From Basidiobolus meristosporus CBS 931.73 (taxonomy: Eukaryota; Fungi; Basidiobolomycota), in the NCBI GenBank assembly GCA_002104905.1, contig MCFE01000240.1:55474-119473 (forward strand): 64,000 nucleotides of DNA, in the 5' to 3' direction. A program made the position numbers and the translations under genes. Position 1 is the first letter of the stretch. Each line of letters starts with the position of its first letter. Shown piece by piece: positions 38,210 through 50,764 of the stretch. The notes under the pieces were generated by a model. That model had not been told where the DNA came from and ran no database searches. It saw nothing but the letters and a program-made list of their open reading frames with translations.

Positions 38210-40720
38210 ACAAGGCTACTTTGACGCAATGCTGTAAGAGAAGAGAAAAAAGACCTAGTGGCTATTGTGGCAAGCCTCTCAGCCATGAAGCATGCAGACA
38301 GCATAGGAAGTAACATAAGGATCATGGCCAGTGTTTTACCACCCAAGTCATATTTGACAATTCATTGGTCACTACTGTACCAACAATATCTTGCTGGCCA
38401 GTTGATACTTCTATATTGGCACCTTGCTGTCTTTGTCACCTTGCGCAAACTGAGTCAGGCAAGTTTGTGACGCCTTTAACCTCACCTCAGCCTTCTATTT
38501 ATGGCATGCAGAGTGATACCTTGGACAAAGAAGGTTCACTGATGAATATGAGCCTATCACCCCTAGAAACAGTACCATATATGAGCCTGGTCAAATCCCT
38601 ATATGCAATGAGACAACACCTGTTGAAACAAATGCCAAGGATACTTTATGGAGCCATGTGAGCCCAGTAAGCAATCTACTGGTGAATGATCTGATGTTGT
38701 GGCTAGAGAAGTGGCGTGTTTCCACTAATATCAGTAATGGGGGCTTTGAGGATTTATTACTACTTCTTGCCAAAACCACACCAGGTTGCAACTTACCATG
38801 TACATGGTACAAGTGGACAACCGTCATGTGGCTGGCAACATATGATCTAGAGACTGTCCTGATTCCAGCATGTGTTAACAGTTGTATGGCATTCACATCC
38901 AAAAATGCTACCATTGCAATGTGTCAAAATGTCAGGAATCCACCACCTTTGAGGCAAAACATTGTTCACACTCCAGATATATTTGGGTCATACCCCATCT
39001 GAGGAAGCTGATGGAGTTCAACAAATATTGCAAAGCTATACAGTACTATACTGAGCACCTATCAGGTGTAAACATATCCAATATGTTTGATGGCAAACAT
39101 CATAAACAGCCAAGAAACAAGGGCTACTTTGAAGGTATGTATCACCATGCCTTTGCTTTAGCACTTAACAGATTCTCAATAAACAAGTACTCTACCAGCA
39201 AATCCTGCTGGCCACTGATTCTCATCAATCAGAATTTGCCACCCATCTTATGGCATCAGTGCAATAATCTGATGGTAGTCTCACTGGTATCTGGGCCTAT
39301 ATCACTGTCCAGCCTGGATAGCTACCTGTATCCATTGCTGGATGAATTTTGCATGCTTTCTAGTGGGATAACAGTAAATGGCCATCATGTAAAAGCTCAT
39401 ATTGTTATCAGCATTGGAGATACCCCAGCTATTGGCATGATAGCATTCTTTTCTGGGCATAATGGACAGTATTGCTGTCAAATGTGTGAGATCCAGGGGA
39501 TTTACTCCATAACTCATACACAATACTATTACCCAAACAACAGCACTAAGAATATCATCTTTCCACAGAAAGAATGTACAGAAGTCAGCACGCAACTGCC
39601 GCAATGTTTGCAAGCTATAAGCCAATGACTGGAATATAAATCAATTGGAAACTGGAGATACTTAAGATAGAGGGCATCTGTGGGAGCAAAAGCTTTCCAC
39701 TGGGAGCAATGCATTTGCTTTTCAACAATATCCCTATACTGATGACCAAGTTGTACATGGGGCATTTCAAGCTAAATGAGCCCTTTGAGATACCAGAGAT
39801 ATTTGAAAGAATTGGCAAGATATTACAGAGTATCTGCTACCCCAAGTACTTCTCATGGGCTCCAATTTATACTCATACACATATGCAACAATACAAATGC
39901 AAAGACTGGGTGAACTGGATACGTATTTATTCAAGTGGCATACTGAAGCCATTCCTACTAAGAGTACATGGGAAGCATTGGTAGTCATATGTGGACATTG
40001 CAGGAATACTTATCCAGAAGAGGATCACCAATGCCAACTTGACACTTCTCCAGCTGTTGTGTGAGGAGTTTGTGACAGGATTTGAGCAACTACACCACAA
40101 ACATAAAGCTGAACATATAGCTCTCTGCCACTGCTGTATCCATTCTCTACTCCATCTGCACGGTGTGTGGAGAATATTGGGCCTTGCTTCACCTTTTGGG
40201 AGCTTCCTATGGAGCAGATGTGTGGGGTGATAGGAAGACAAGTCAAGTAACAGGTACTACCATATCCCAATCTCATCAAGAGTGTTACCTTTAAATCTGT
40301 CATGGATATGATGAGTTGGCACATGGAGGACAACCAGGAAGAGTTGGAAAATACTGAGGACAAATGTGCACATGGAGACACCTATGCCTATGGCATTAAG
40401 AAGCTTAGCAGCCTCAATGAGTGGGTAATCAACTAAGTAATGCAAAGTTGGGTTGGATGCAACAAACAACTAATTTTTATTAGGAAAATTCTACCAAGGT
40501 ATGCTGGATCTCTCATGGTTCCAAGCCAACTTCTGCACCATTCAATACAGAAATCACACAAACAATAGCCAGAGCGCCCCTATAAGGTGGACTAGAATCC
40601 AACAGGGAGAAAGGATATATTGGCTAAATACCAAGAAGTTCTTAGTGGATATTCAGGAGGTATTCATGGCAGAAGTGGCAACAACCAAGCATCTGTTTGC
40701 AAGATGTGTATTTTACCAGT
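38210..40720 (+). pseudogene. CACTA/EnSpm (Transposase_21/TnpD-like) transposase, frameshifted
   Basis: WPLILINQNLPP...VSGP..LSSLDSYLYPLLDEF...IGDTPAI...GHNGQYCCQMC (38882..39628); LLFNNIP; HSLLHL; GP..FW.LPMEQMCG remnants. Confidence 0.88.
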
Positions 40721-40925
40721 AGTACAAGGTATGTAGCTGCTTTGCAAGTATCACACTAAAAAGCCGTAAAGTTGAGGTGATAGAAGTATGTCAATAGCGG
40801 CAGGTGTGCACATTTGTAGAGGTTGGTGAGCAGGAGGCCATAGTTTTTTTAGATTTGAACTGTATGTGGAATACCCAAGGTAGTAGTGGTTAAGCAAATA
40901 AAGAGGGGTGATTCTACAGTGGAAT

Positions 40926-41657
40926 AGACTTGTTCTATTGGATAGTGCCACATGGAGCCATGAGTGTCAAATGATGCCATAGTGTGCCACAGAGGCCAAG
41001 TGAACCTATACTTGACCACAGAGTGTGAAACATAGCTCTGCATTTTTATGCAAAGCTGCCCCTGTCTTTCACCCATTGTGTTGGAGAAAATCAATTTTTT
41101 GACCTTTTTTTTTAGGTCAATGTTGTGCAGGATGTGTAAGAGCACAAATGGTTTGAAGACATGCATTGGGTACCCAATACTCATGGCACACTAAAACTAA
41201 CTCCTCTGGCTTGTCACATGTCAGAAAAGTGCATGGCACTATCTTGGTCCACTGGTATTATCTGGCACTATATTTAATTATAGCCCTAAAGTAAGATCTA
41301 TACAAAGCACTTATAGTGTTAGATAGTACCAGTGGACCAAGATAGTGCCGTACATTTTTGTGACATGATACAAGCTACAGGAGCTAGATTCAGAGTGCCA
41401 TGGGTATTGAGTACCAGATACATGTCTTCAGTTCTTCTCTGCTCTTACACATCCTGCACAACATTGATCCAAAAAAAAGATCAAAAAATTGATTTTCTCT
41501 GACATGGTGGGTGAAACAAAGGGGCTACTTTGCATGAAGATGAAGAGCTATATTTTACACTCTGTGGCTAAGCATAGACTTATTTGGCCTGCTTGGCACA
41601 CTATGGCATCATTTGGCACTTATGGTTCAATGTGGCGCTATCCAACTGAGCAAGTCT
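40926..41657. mobile_element. Foldback MITE (732 bp) with Pangu-type termini; nearly the whole element is an inverted repeat
   Basis: Arms of about 345 bp (40926-41272 and 41312-41657) around a spacer of about 40 bp; flanks AAT/AAA come from different host elements. Confidence 0.85.
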
Positions 41658-44600
41658 AAAGTATAAATACTACTTTTATATTCAATAAATCATTAAGTGA
41701 AAACCAAACAATATACTTGTCCTTCCAAATCACCTCCAATATCTCCAAGACTGTTACAACAGGTTATGAGCCCCAGGCTCTTACTCTCTGTAATGACTAC
41801 TACTGCTATAACTGGAATTTTTCCCTCTGCTGAAAAGTTGGATGGATATAACTACCAAATGTGGAAGGTGAAGATGAAGATGCTGCTACAAAAAAGAGGC
41901 CTTTGGGATATTGTCATGGGAGAAGAAGGCCCTCCTGAGAATATGGGAGAGGAAGCCCTAAAGTACCAGAAAAAAGAACACAGTGCCTTTTACTGTATTT
42001 GCCTTGATGTTAAAGACAAATTGCTAATTCAATGCTCAAGAGTAAAAATAGCAAAGAATGCCTGATGAGGATGTGATAGTAACCATCCTGAATATCCTTA
42101 CAGATGAGTTTCAGGGCCTTGTATCTGCCCTAGAGTCCAGAACTGAAGGTTTGACCTTGAATTATGTATATGGAAGGCTCCTGGATAAAGAATTAAGAAA
42201 ATCAAGCGCCAATAAGAAGGAAGAAGAAAGTGCTTTAATAAGCAATGATAACCAAAAAAGGAGGTACCTGAGACCTTTCAAATGCAATAGCAACCTGTTT
42301 TGTAACTACTGCAAAAGGAAAGGACACACGTCAGACCAGTGTCTCAAAAAGAGAGATAATAAGCATAAGAAGCCTGAATATGGAAATACTGCAACAACTC
42401 AAGATAGACTATTCATATCTGCACTAAACATGACCACAAACAAGGATTCTCAGATGTGGTATATTGACTCTTGAGCATCTCAACACTTTACATACCAAAA
42501 AGAACTTTTTACCCAATACCAAGTGATTCCAATTAAGCAGATTTTCATGGGTGACAATAGAACACTTGGTGCAGTGGGAGAAGGAACTATCCAAGTAAGC
42601 CTTAGAAGTAGTGAAGGAAGCTAGACACTGACCTTTGAAGAGGTACCCTATGTACCAGAGATAGCCAAGAACCTACTATCTATACGCAAGGCCACACCAG
42701 ATGGACTCAGTTTCAGCTTTGACAATTCTGTTTGCAGGATCACCAAACAAGATGGTTCCCATCTTGCTTTGGATATCAGAGATCAGAATCTATACAAGTT
42801 GACTTATATTCCATCATATCTAGAGACCAATATAGGTAACTTAAATGAAGAAACACCAAAGCTTTGGCACAGGAGATTTGGGCACATCAATTTTGCTTAT
42901 TTGCACAAAATGATCAAAGATCAGCTAAATTTTTTACTAAAAATTGATCCCCTAGCTAACTTGGACCACTGTGAAGCCTGCATAAGTGAGATACAAGCCA
43001 GACAACTGTTTAAAAGCTTGGGGCTAATCAAAAACAAAGAATGAATTAGATCTAACTCACTCAGATCTGTGTGGACCTATGCAAAATTTATCCTTAGGCA
43101 GGATCAGGTATTTAGTCACTTTTATTGATGATTATACAACACACATCTGGGACTACTTCATGGAGAGAAAGGAAGAAGCTCTATCTAAGTTCAGGGAGCT
43201 TAAAGCCATGGTGGAGAGAGAAACTGGTGAAAAATCAAGAAAATATGCTCTGACAATCCCTTTAAAAAATAGCTTGGTCCAGCGGTGGATCCAATCCAGA
43301 TCAGCTGTCAAGATCCTGTTTAGAGACCAGGATAATAACAGCAGCTGGGAATTAGTGACCCTCCTAACAATCTGATGACGGGATCATAATGGTGTTTCAC
43401 TAATTTTACAACCAAATAAAGAGTTAGACTTGACAATATTTTATTGGTGCTAGGACAATATTTGTATGGTATTGTTGAGGTCTTTCAGCACTCTATTACA
43501 ATTTACATGGATCCAGTTGGCCAGGACATCCAATTGCCTTATATGGCAAGAAACTTGATGGTATTTTGACAGCCTCACAGCAAGACATTAATGGCATTAT
43601 ATTGGCAGTATGCCAGCCTAGCGCTGGTTCCATATAATTCTATTGTACCAACTTACCAAATGGTATTTCCTTTTTATACCTCCCCTTGAGCAATTCATAT
43701 ATTCCACTGTAGAATCACCCCTCTTCATTTGCTTACCCACAACTACTTTGGGTATTCCACATACAGCTCAAATCTAAAAAAACTATGGCCTCCTGCTTAA
43801 TAAACTCTACAAACCTGCACACCTGCTGCAATCAATGTACTTCTATCACCTCAACTTTACAGCTTTTTAGAGTGATACTTGCAAATTTGCCGTATACATT
43901 GTACTGCTGGTAGCATATACATCTTGCAAACAGATGCTTGGTTGTTGCCACTTCTGCCATGAATACCTCCTGAATATCTGCAAAGAACTTTTTGAATTTA
44001 GCCAATATATTCCTTCTCCCAGCTGGATTCTAGTCCCCCTTATGGGTGTGTTCTGGCTTTTGTTTGTGTGAATTCCATATCAAATGATATAGATGTTGGC
44101 TTGTGACCATGAGTAATCTGCCATATCTTGGTAGAGCTTTCTGATAAAAATTAGTTGCTTGTTGCACCCAACCCTACTTTGCATTACTTAATTGATTACT
44201 CACACATTGGGGCTGCTTAGCTTCTTAATGCCATAGGCATAGGTGTCTCCATGTGCACATTTGTCCTCAGTATTTTCCAACTCTTTCTGGCTGTCCTCCA
44301 TGTGCCAACTCATCACATCCATGAAAGACTTGAAGGTAATATTCTTGATGAGGTTGGGATATGGTAGTACCTGTTACTTGACTTGTCTTCCTATCTCCCC
44401 ACACATCTGCTCCATAGGAAGCTCCCAAAAGGTGAAGCAAGGCCCAATATTCTCCACACACCATGCAAGATGGAGTAGAGAATGGATACAGTAGCAGCAG
44501 ATATCTACGTGCTCAGCTTGATGTTTGTAGAATAGCCACTCAAATCCTGTCACAAACTCCTTACACAACAGCTGTAGATGCATCAAGTTGGCATTGGTGA

Positions 44601-46058
44601 TCTGCTTCTGGATAAATATTCCTGCAATGTCTACATATGACTCTCAATGCTTCTAATGTACTCTTGGTAGGAATGGCTTTAGAACACCACTTGAATAAAT
44701 ACATATCCAGTTCATCTAGTCTTTGCATCTGTATTGTTGCATATTCATATGAATATTAATTGGAGCTCATAAAAAGTACTTAGGGTAGTGGATACTCTGC
44801 AATATCTTGCCAATTCTTTCAAATATCTCCAGTATCTCAAAGGGCTCATTTAGCTTGAAATGCCCCATATACAACTTGGTCATCAGTAAAGGGATATTGT
44901 TGAAAAGCAAATGCATTGCTCCCAGTGGAAAGCTTTTGCTCTCACAGTTGCCCTCTATCTTAAATATCTCCGGTTTCCAATTGATTCCATGTTCTGTCCA
45001 ATGACTTATAGCCTGCCAACTTTGCTGCAATTGCATGCTTACTTCTGTATGTTCTCTCTGTGGAAAGATGATGTTCTTAGTGCAGCTGTTTGGGTAATAA
45101 TATGTGTGTGAGTTATGGAGTGAATCCCCTGGATCTTACACATCTAACAGCAATATGGTCCATTGTGCCTGGAAAAACCTGCTATCTTGCTGATGGCTGG
45201 GGTATCTCCAATGCTGATAGTAATATGAGCATTTACATGATGGCCATTTACCATTATCCTGCTGGAAAGCATACAAAATTCATACAGCAATGGATACAGG
45301 TAGCTATCCAGGTTGGACAGTGATTTAGGCCCAGATACCAGTGAGACTACCATCAGATTATTGCTCTGATACTGTAAGATGGGCTATAGATTCAGATTGA
45401 TGAGAATCAGTGGCCAGCAGGATTTGCTGGTAGAGTACTTGCTTAATGAGAATCCATCAAGTGCTAAGGCAAAGGCATGGTCATACATGCCTTCAGAGTA
45501 GCCCTTGCGTCTTAGCTGTTTGTAATGTTTGCCATCAAACATATTGGATATGTTTGCGCTTGATTGATACTAGACTTGTTCCATTGTACCATGCCAGGGT
45601 GCATGGTGCAATCTGCAGTCTCTAAGAACAATCAGGCGCAATATTGTAGCTACCAGTAGGCAGGATTGCTCTTGGACAATTTTGCACCATGTGGGACAAT
45701 CTTGCTCACTATGGTATAATCTGACACAATGAGGTTGGCACAAATGATTGTGCCCACTTGTAACGTTTGCATCATGTGCACAATTGGATACCACTATTAT
45801 GGTAGGTAAAATGCGGTATTTGGATATGTTTCTTCAATGTAAATGGAAATAAATGTGTATTACACTATAAACTACACTGATACTTACCATTCTGGTTACC
45901 ATCACTCCAATTGGATGGTATCTCAGTGGTTAATTGGTCCAAAGTATCCTGAAGGTGTCAGCCCCCAATTGGCTCTTTGACTAACACAGATGATGTATAC
46001 ATATGCAGGGTGTTTTTTATAGGGGTCCTGTCTCAAATGTGAGACAACATTGATATTG

Positions 46059-46426
46059 TGCTACAAGTCTTGGTATAAGAGTTGTAGAGGAATAGGGAGT
46101 TTAGCTAGTATTGTATTCACTAAAACTTGAACTGATTTTTATTGAGGTTCCAGCAGCTCCTTATATACATTTTGCCAGATCAATTTCTGACTAATTGTAT
46201 TTCCTAGTGTAGGTTGTGGCTGATGACTTATTTGATTGCATCATCATCACCCAATATGATCCTACTTAATATATCTATTTCTGTCTGATAAGGATCTGCT
46301 GATTCATTTGCTGACTAATGCTACTGATTTGATAGATAATACTGATATACTGATAACCTAAACATATACTAATTGATTTGACTAAAAACTGATCTAACTT
46401 AAACATTCAAGCAGCAGATCATAACA
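46059..46426 (-). repeat. Solo LTR of gypsy G1 (368 bp), 4-bp TSD ATTG
   Basis: ATTG at 46055-46058 and 46427-46430; the empty site is in Pangu-like copy 2 near 34820-34835. Confidence 0.92.
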
Positions 46427-47392
46427 ATTGCTTATATCAAAAATTTAGTGATCACTGATTTGCAATGGCTTGATGAGGATTGCAAAAAAAATGTGTTGTT
46501 TGGATCATTACAAACAATAGCAATTCGTTGCAATTGCATCATCTTCTCCTAGGCTTTTTTCTCACAGGGATTACTACTGAAGCATTTGGTAATGATTCAC
46601 TTTGCAAACCTAAACTACTTTCTTGTTGACTATCCTCTTGGCTACTTGTGTATTTATAGTGAGTATTTTGCCTCCTAGTTGATGAGGGCAATGCTGTAGC
46701 TTGGCCACGCTGAATTGCTCCGGATGATGCAACTGAGCTGGCCTGCAGTGCTACACACTGATGAGTTCTTTTACTTGCCAAAGGCTCTGGTGCTGGAGTC
46801 ACTTCATATGGGTCATCATCATTCAGTTTACCAGAAGAAACTTACTGATAGTCAGGTGTAATGGCACGCGCAGACGCAACTTGATGCACTGGCATGACCC
46901 TTGGCTGAGTTCAATGTGATGCTGCTTGTTGACGCAACTTGGCACGCTTCAATGGACTTGTGTCTTTTTGAGCAGTTTGGTGGGTTCTGGTGATTTTGCT
47001 CTGAAGTGCACATGTTGACCCAATACAAGTTGAGTCAATGCAGGGCACTCTTGTGAAGGGTGTTGGTGTAGTTTGGACTGATGTGCACCGGTGCACTGAA
47101 GTTGCAAGGGATGATAAGGAATCCAGCAAGGCAAGCTGGCGCAGTCTAGACAATGTAGCTCACAGTCTGTATACTTCCTCTTGAAGCTTACCTTCTGATT
47201 CCTCAAGGTATTCACTTACCCTCTGTCTAATACTTTGGAACTGTTGCCTGGATGAGTCCTGTGCATATTGCTCTTGGAAGCCACTTAGCTGTACTAATAT
47301 ATCACATAATACATTAGTCATTTGAGGCAAAAACTCATTCAAAATCTCTTTGGTTCCCAAAGTTGAGGCACAAACAGATGTGTCCGGCCCAT

Positions 47393-48462
47393 TGTAGTGG
47401 GGTGACAGTGACACCCACTGACAGATGTGCTCATTCCCATATTTTCTACTTCCCTATATCTCTACTACACTAATTTTAGTTTTATCCCATTTGTCTTACC
47501 TGATCAGTACTATCTCATAAGCCAGTTGACTCTCACACCTGCTCACCTTATTGCATAAGTTATCCCTTGCTTTATGTAAGATTACTAACTATAAGTGCTT
47601 CTATATTAGGCAAATACCCGCGCCAGTACCTTTGACAATTGATCAACCCATGTAACCATCCCTACCATTCCCATACCATATATGGTATCCCTATGTTACA
47701 CAGGTTTCAGAGTACTGAATCCTGATTGGTTGGATGTGCTGTGCCTTTTAGAACCTTCCAGCACCTACTTAGAACATTCTTAGGTCATTCTGATGTCATT
47801 AAGAATTCTATTGATATCTGGAACCTTCTGGAACATCCTGATTAGTAATCACTTAGCCAGTAAGAAAAGTATATAAGGGAGGCTATCCCTCAACAACAAA
47901 TCTTCATCCCTTTTATCAATTTACCAACATGTTGATTAGTGTGATCACTGCTGCCTGCTGCTACCTGAACTTCCAACCCTAGACCACAGGACACTCCCAG
48001 GAAACCATGCTGACAGCCAACTGACCTTGGAGGCACTACTTGTGAGGAACACTCAGAGTAGGTATCTTTTACTATATTTGATTCTCTCCCAAGTTTGTGC
48101 TTGTGCAGGCAAAGATACTTTTCTGTCTTTGTAACTATTGACCACAGCTGCATTCTTATCAAGTCCCTGCAGGTGTGTTTACAGTTGTTTTGACTTTGGA
48201 AGCTTTAGTACATTGTCATCTGAAAGGACGCTGGACCCAGCACATACTTTTGTTAAGACACCAACTAAGTTGGGGATTGTAGCTCAATAGTGTTCCCTTG
48301 ACAAGCTTGTGGCTTTATTCCCCATCACATTAGATTAGAGACAGAACCCAAATATTCCTAGCAAGCTTTTGCCAGAGGTTATTGCACCTAGTGAACACCC
48401 CACACACAATACACCTGAGAAGTGTTGGACGTTTCTCTCCCTTGGACCTATACTCCACCACA
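47393..48462 (+). repeat. Solo LTR family L1 (1070 bp), 4-bp TSD CCAT/CTGT (ancestral CCGT)
   Basis: Matches 628-1496 plus 2305-2505; the empty site CCGGCCCGTACTG is in copy 1 (reverse complement near 17200-17212). Confidence 0.9.
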
Positions 48463-50764
48463 CTGTACTGAGCAAATTGCATGCAAAATTGTTACTGCAT
48501 GGCTTCCTCATCAAATCCTCTCACTCTCAGCTCATTCTTGATTTCAATACTTGTCTTGTTATATATCATCTTACCTACATGCGTTGACATCTTGGTGTAG
48601 AAATCATCCCACAGCTTTGTACTCAGGTTCTTCCATCTCTGTCAACTCTCCAAGGTACCTAGTTCTGCTAGACTAATGAGTAGTGCCCAAATATCTATAT
48701 GAAGGCTAATCATAGACACCGGGGCCATACTGAAATCATTTGGCAAGAACTTGAACGGATCCAACATTGCCTTTTCTGGTTTGGACCACACTTGCAAGCT
48801 GGGGGATGGGTTTTGTCTGGGTTGAACTAAAGATGAGTTGAGACTTGGTATAGGGACCGTAGTGACGGATTTGGAACACCTTGCAGAGGGTATGAATGAC
48901 TTAGAGCAAGCTTGGAGTACTAGGTTTAGAAGCTCCAATAGACTTCCATATCCCAGAGTGTTCACCAACAGGTTCAATACAAGGAGTATTTTGGATTCCT
49001 TCCCAGTCAGGATTAACGGACCTTCTAGAGGGCAGAGGCACTTTTATTCTGGCAAGTACAAGGCACACTGTGTGAAGCTTCATGCACTGTCTGACATTGA
49101 GGGTAATATCATCTGGTTTAGTGGGCCATTTGCTGGAAGTAGGCATAACAAAGCACTCTGGGTAGAGAATCATCCTGAATTCAGTAGAGGGGAGAAATGT
49201 ATGGCAGACTTAGCTTATATAGGACAGGATTGTCAGAGACTAGGATGTATTACAGCTTATAGGAAGCCAAGGGATGGTGTGCTTAGCAGGAAGCAGAAGC
49301 TCTACAATGAGATATTTAATCATTCCAGAGTGAGGGTAGATCATACATTTGGATATCTGAAGAGATTCAGCATATTGGCAGGTAAATACAGAGGAAAGTC
49401 ATATATACAAGAAAACAGCAGAATAGGTAAAATAGTTAAGATACTTATTGATGCACAGTATACTTATACAAGAAGACATCCACTGAGAGAAATATGTCTG
49501 GAGCATTATGAAGAGTAAATAAAGCAAGGAAAGCACTACTCTGAGCAACATAAGTAAGATTGAGTAATATTACCAGTAACTATATCCTCCTACTGGCATT
49601 ATGGTAGAAATTATAGTACCAGAGAGTGCTAGATCAATCTGGCACTATAAACAGGCTGGCACAATGTGGAATTATCCAACAGAACAAGTCTACTGAGCGC
49701 AGTACTATATAGCTTTACAATATTTGTTGGACTGCATCAGCTTCCTCAGACAGGGTATGACCAGAATATGTCCGGAGTGTGAACAATGTTTCCCTCAATG
49801 TTGATGGATTCCTGACAATTTGGACATGTTGCAATGGTAGCATTTTTGGATGTGAATGCCATGCAACTGTTAACACATGCTGGAATCAGGACAGTCTCTG
49901 GATCATATGTTGCCAGCCACGCGACGGTTGTCCACTTGTACCATGTACATGGTAAGTTGCATCCTGGTATGATTTTGGCAAGAAGTAGTAATAAATCCTC
50001 AAAGCCCCCATTACTGATATTAGTAGAAACATGCCACTTCTCTAGCCAGAACATTACATCATTTACCAGTAGATGGATTACGGCGCTCTCTTGGCTCCAT
50101 AAGTATCCTTGGCATTTGTTTCAACAGGTGATGCCTCATTGCATATAGGGATTTGACCAGGCTCATATGTGGTACTGTTGTTAGGGGAGATAGGCTTAAA
50201 ATTCATCAGTGAACCTTCTTTGACAGAGCTATCACTCTGCGTGCCATATTCAGAAGGCTGAGGTGAGCCTAAAGGCATCACAAACTTACCTGACTCAGTA
50301 TGCACAAGGTGATAAAGACAGCCAGGTGCCAATATAGAAGTACCAACTAGCCCGCAGGATAATGTTGGTACAGTAGTGACCAATGAATGGTCAAATATGA
50401 CTTGGGTGGCAGAACACTGGCTGTGATCATTGTGATATTTCCTATGCTGTCTGCATACTTCATGGCTGAGAGGCTTGCCACAAGAGCCACATGGTCTTTT
50501 TTCTTTTCTCTTACAGCATTGAGTCAAAGTAGTCTTGTCCATGGGGCAAACGGTTTGACCATCAACAACATAATGCTATTATATTACTTTTTGGTCAATA
50601 CTTATGTGAACTTAAGACAGTCTTGTATTTGAGACATTGCACCTACATGAATGTAAGATTCAATGATGACCTGCCATAGTAAGCATTATAAATAAAGTTG
50701 TGGCACCACATACACATGTATATGTAGCACTATCTCCCCTTTGGTTTGACTCACTTCCATATAT

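Larger units (their letters stand above)
32229..40925. mobile_element. CACTA-like copy D (terminus CACTATGAAAAA; ORF2 on minus, transposase on plus), interrupted by Pangu-like copy 2; other terminus lost at the MITE
   Basis: Terminus at 32229; ORF2 pieces 32683..33198, 33200-34190 and 37650..37919; transposase pieces 38210-40720. Confidence 0.85.
45572..49691. mobile_element. Pangu-like copy 3 (most decayed), TSD ACT; carries two solo LTRs and lacks the divergent promoter and transposase N-terminus
   Basis: ACT at 45569-45571 and 49692-49694; near 48870 the ORF2 5' region joins transposase codons HLAEG; the C-terminal DDE part is open to 49518. Confidence 0.9.

Noticed and set aside
34195-49691. 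Pangu-like elements specifically targeting CACTA elements
   Set aside because: Two copies and one MITE end are in CACTA sequence, but others are in gypsy, and CACTA covers much of the window.
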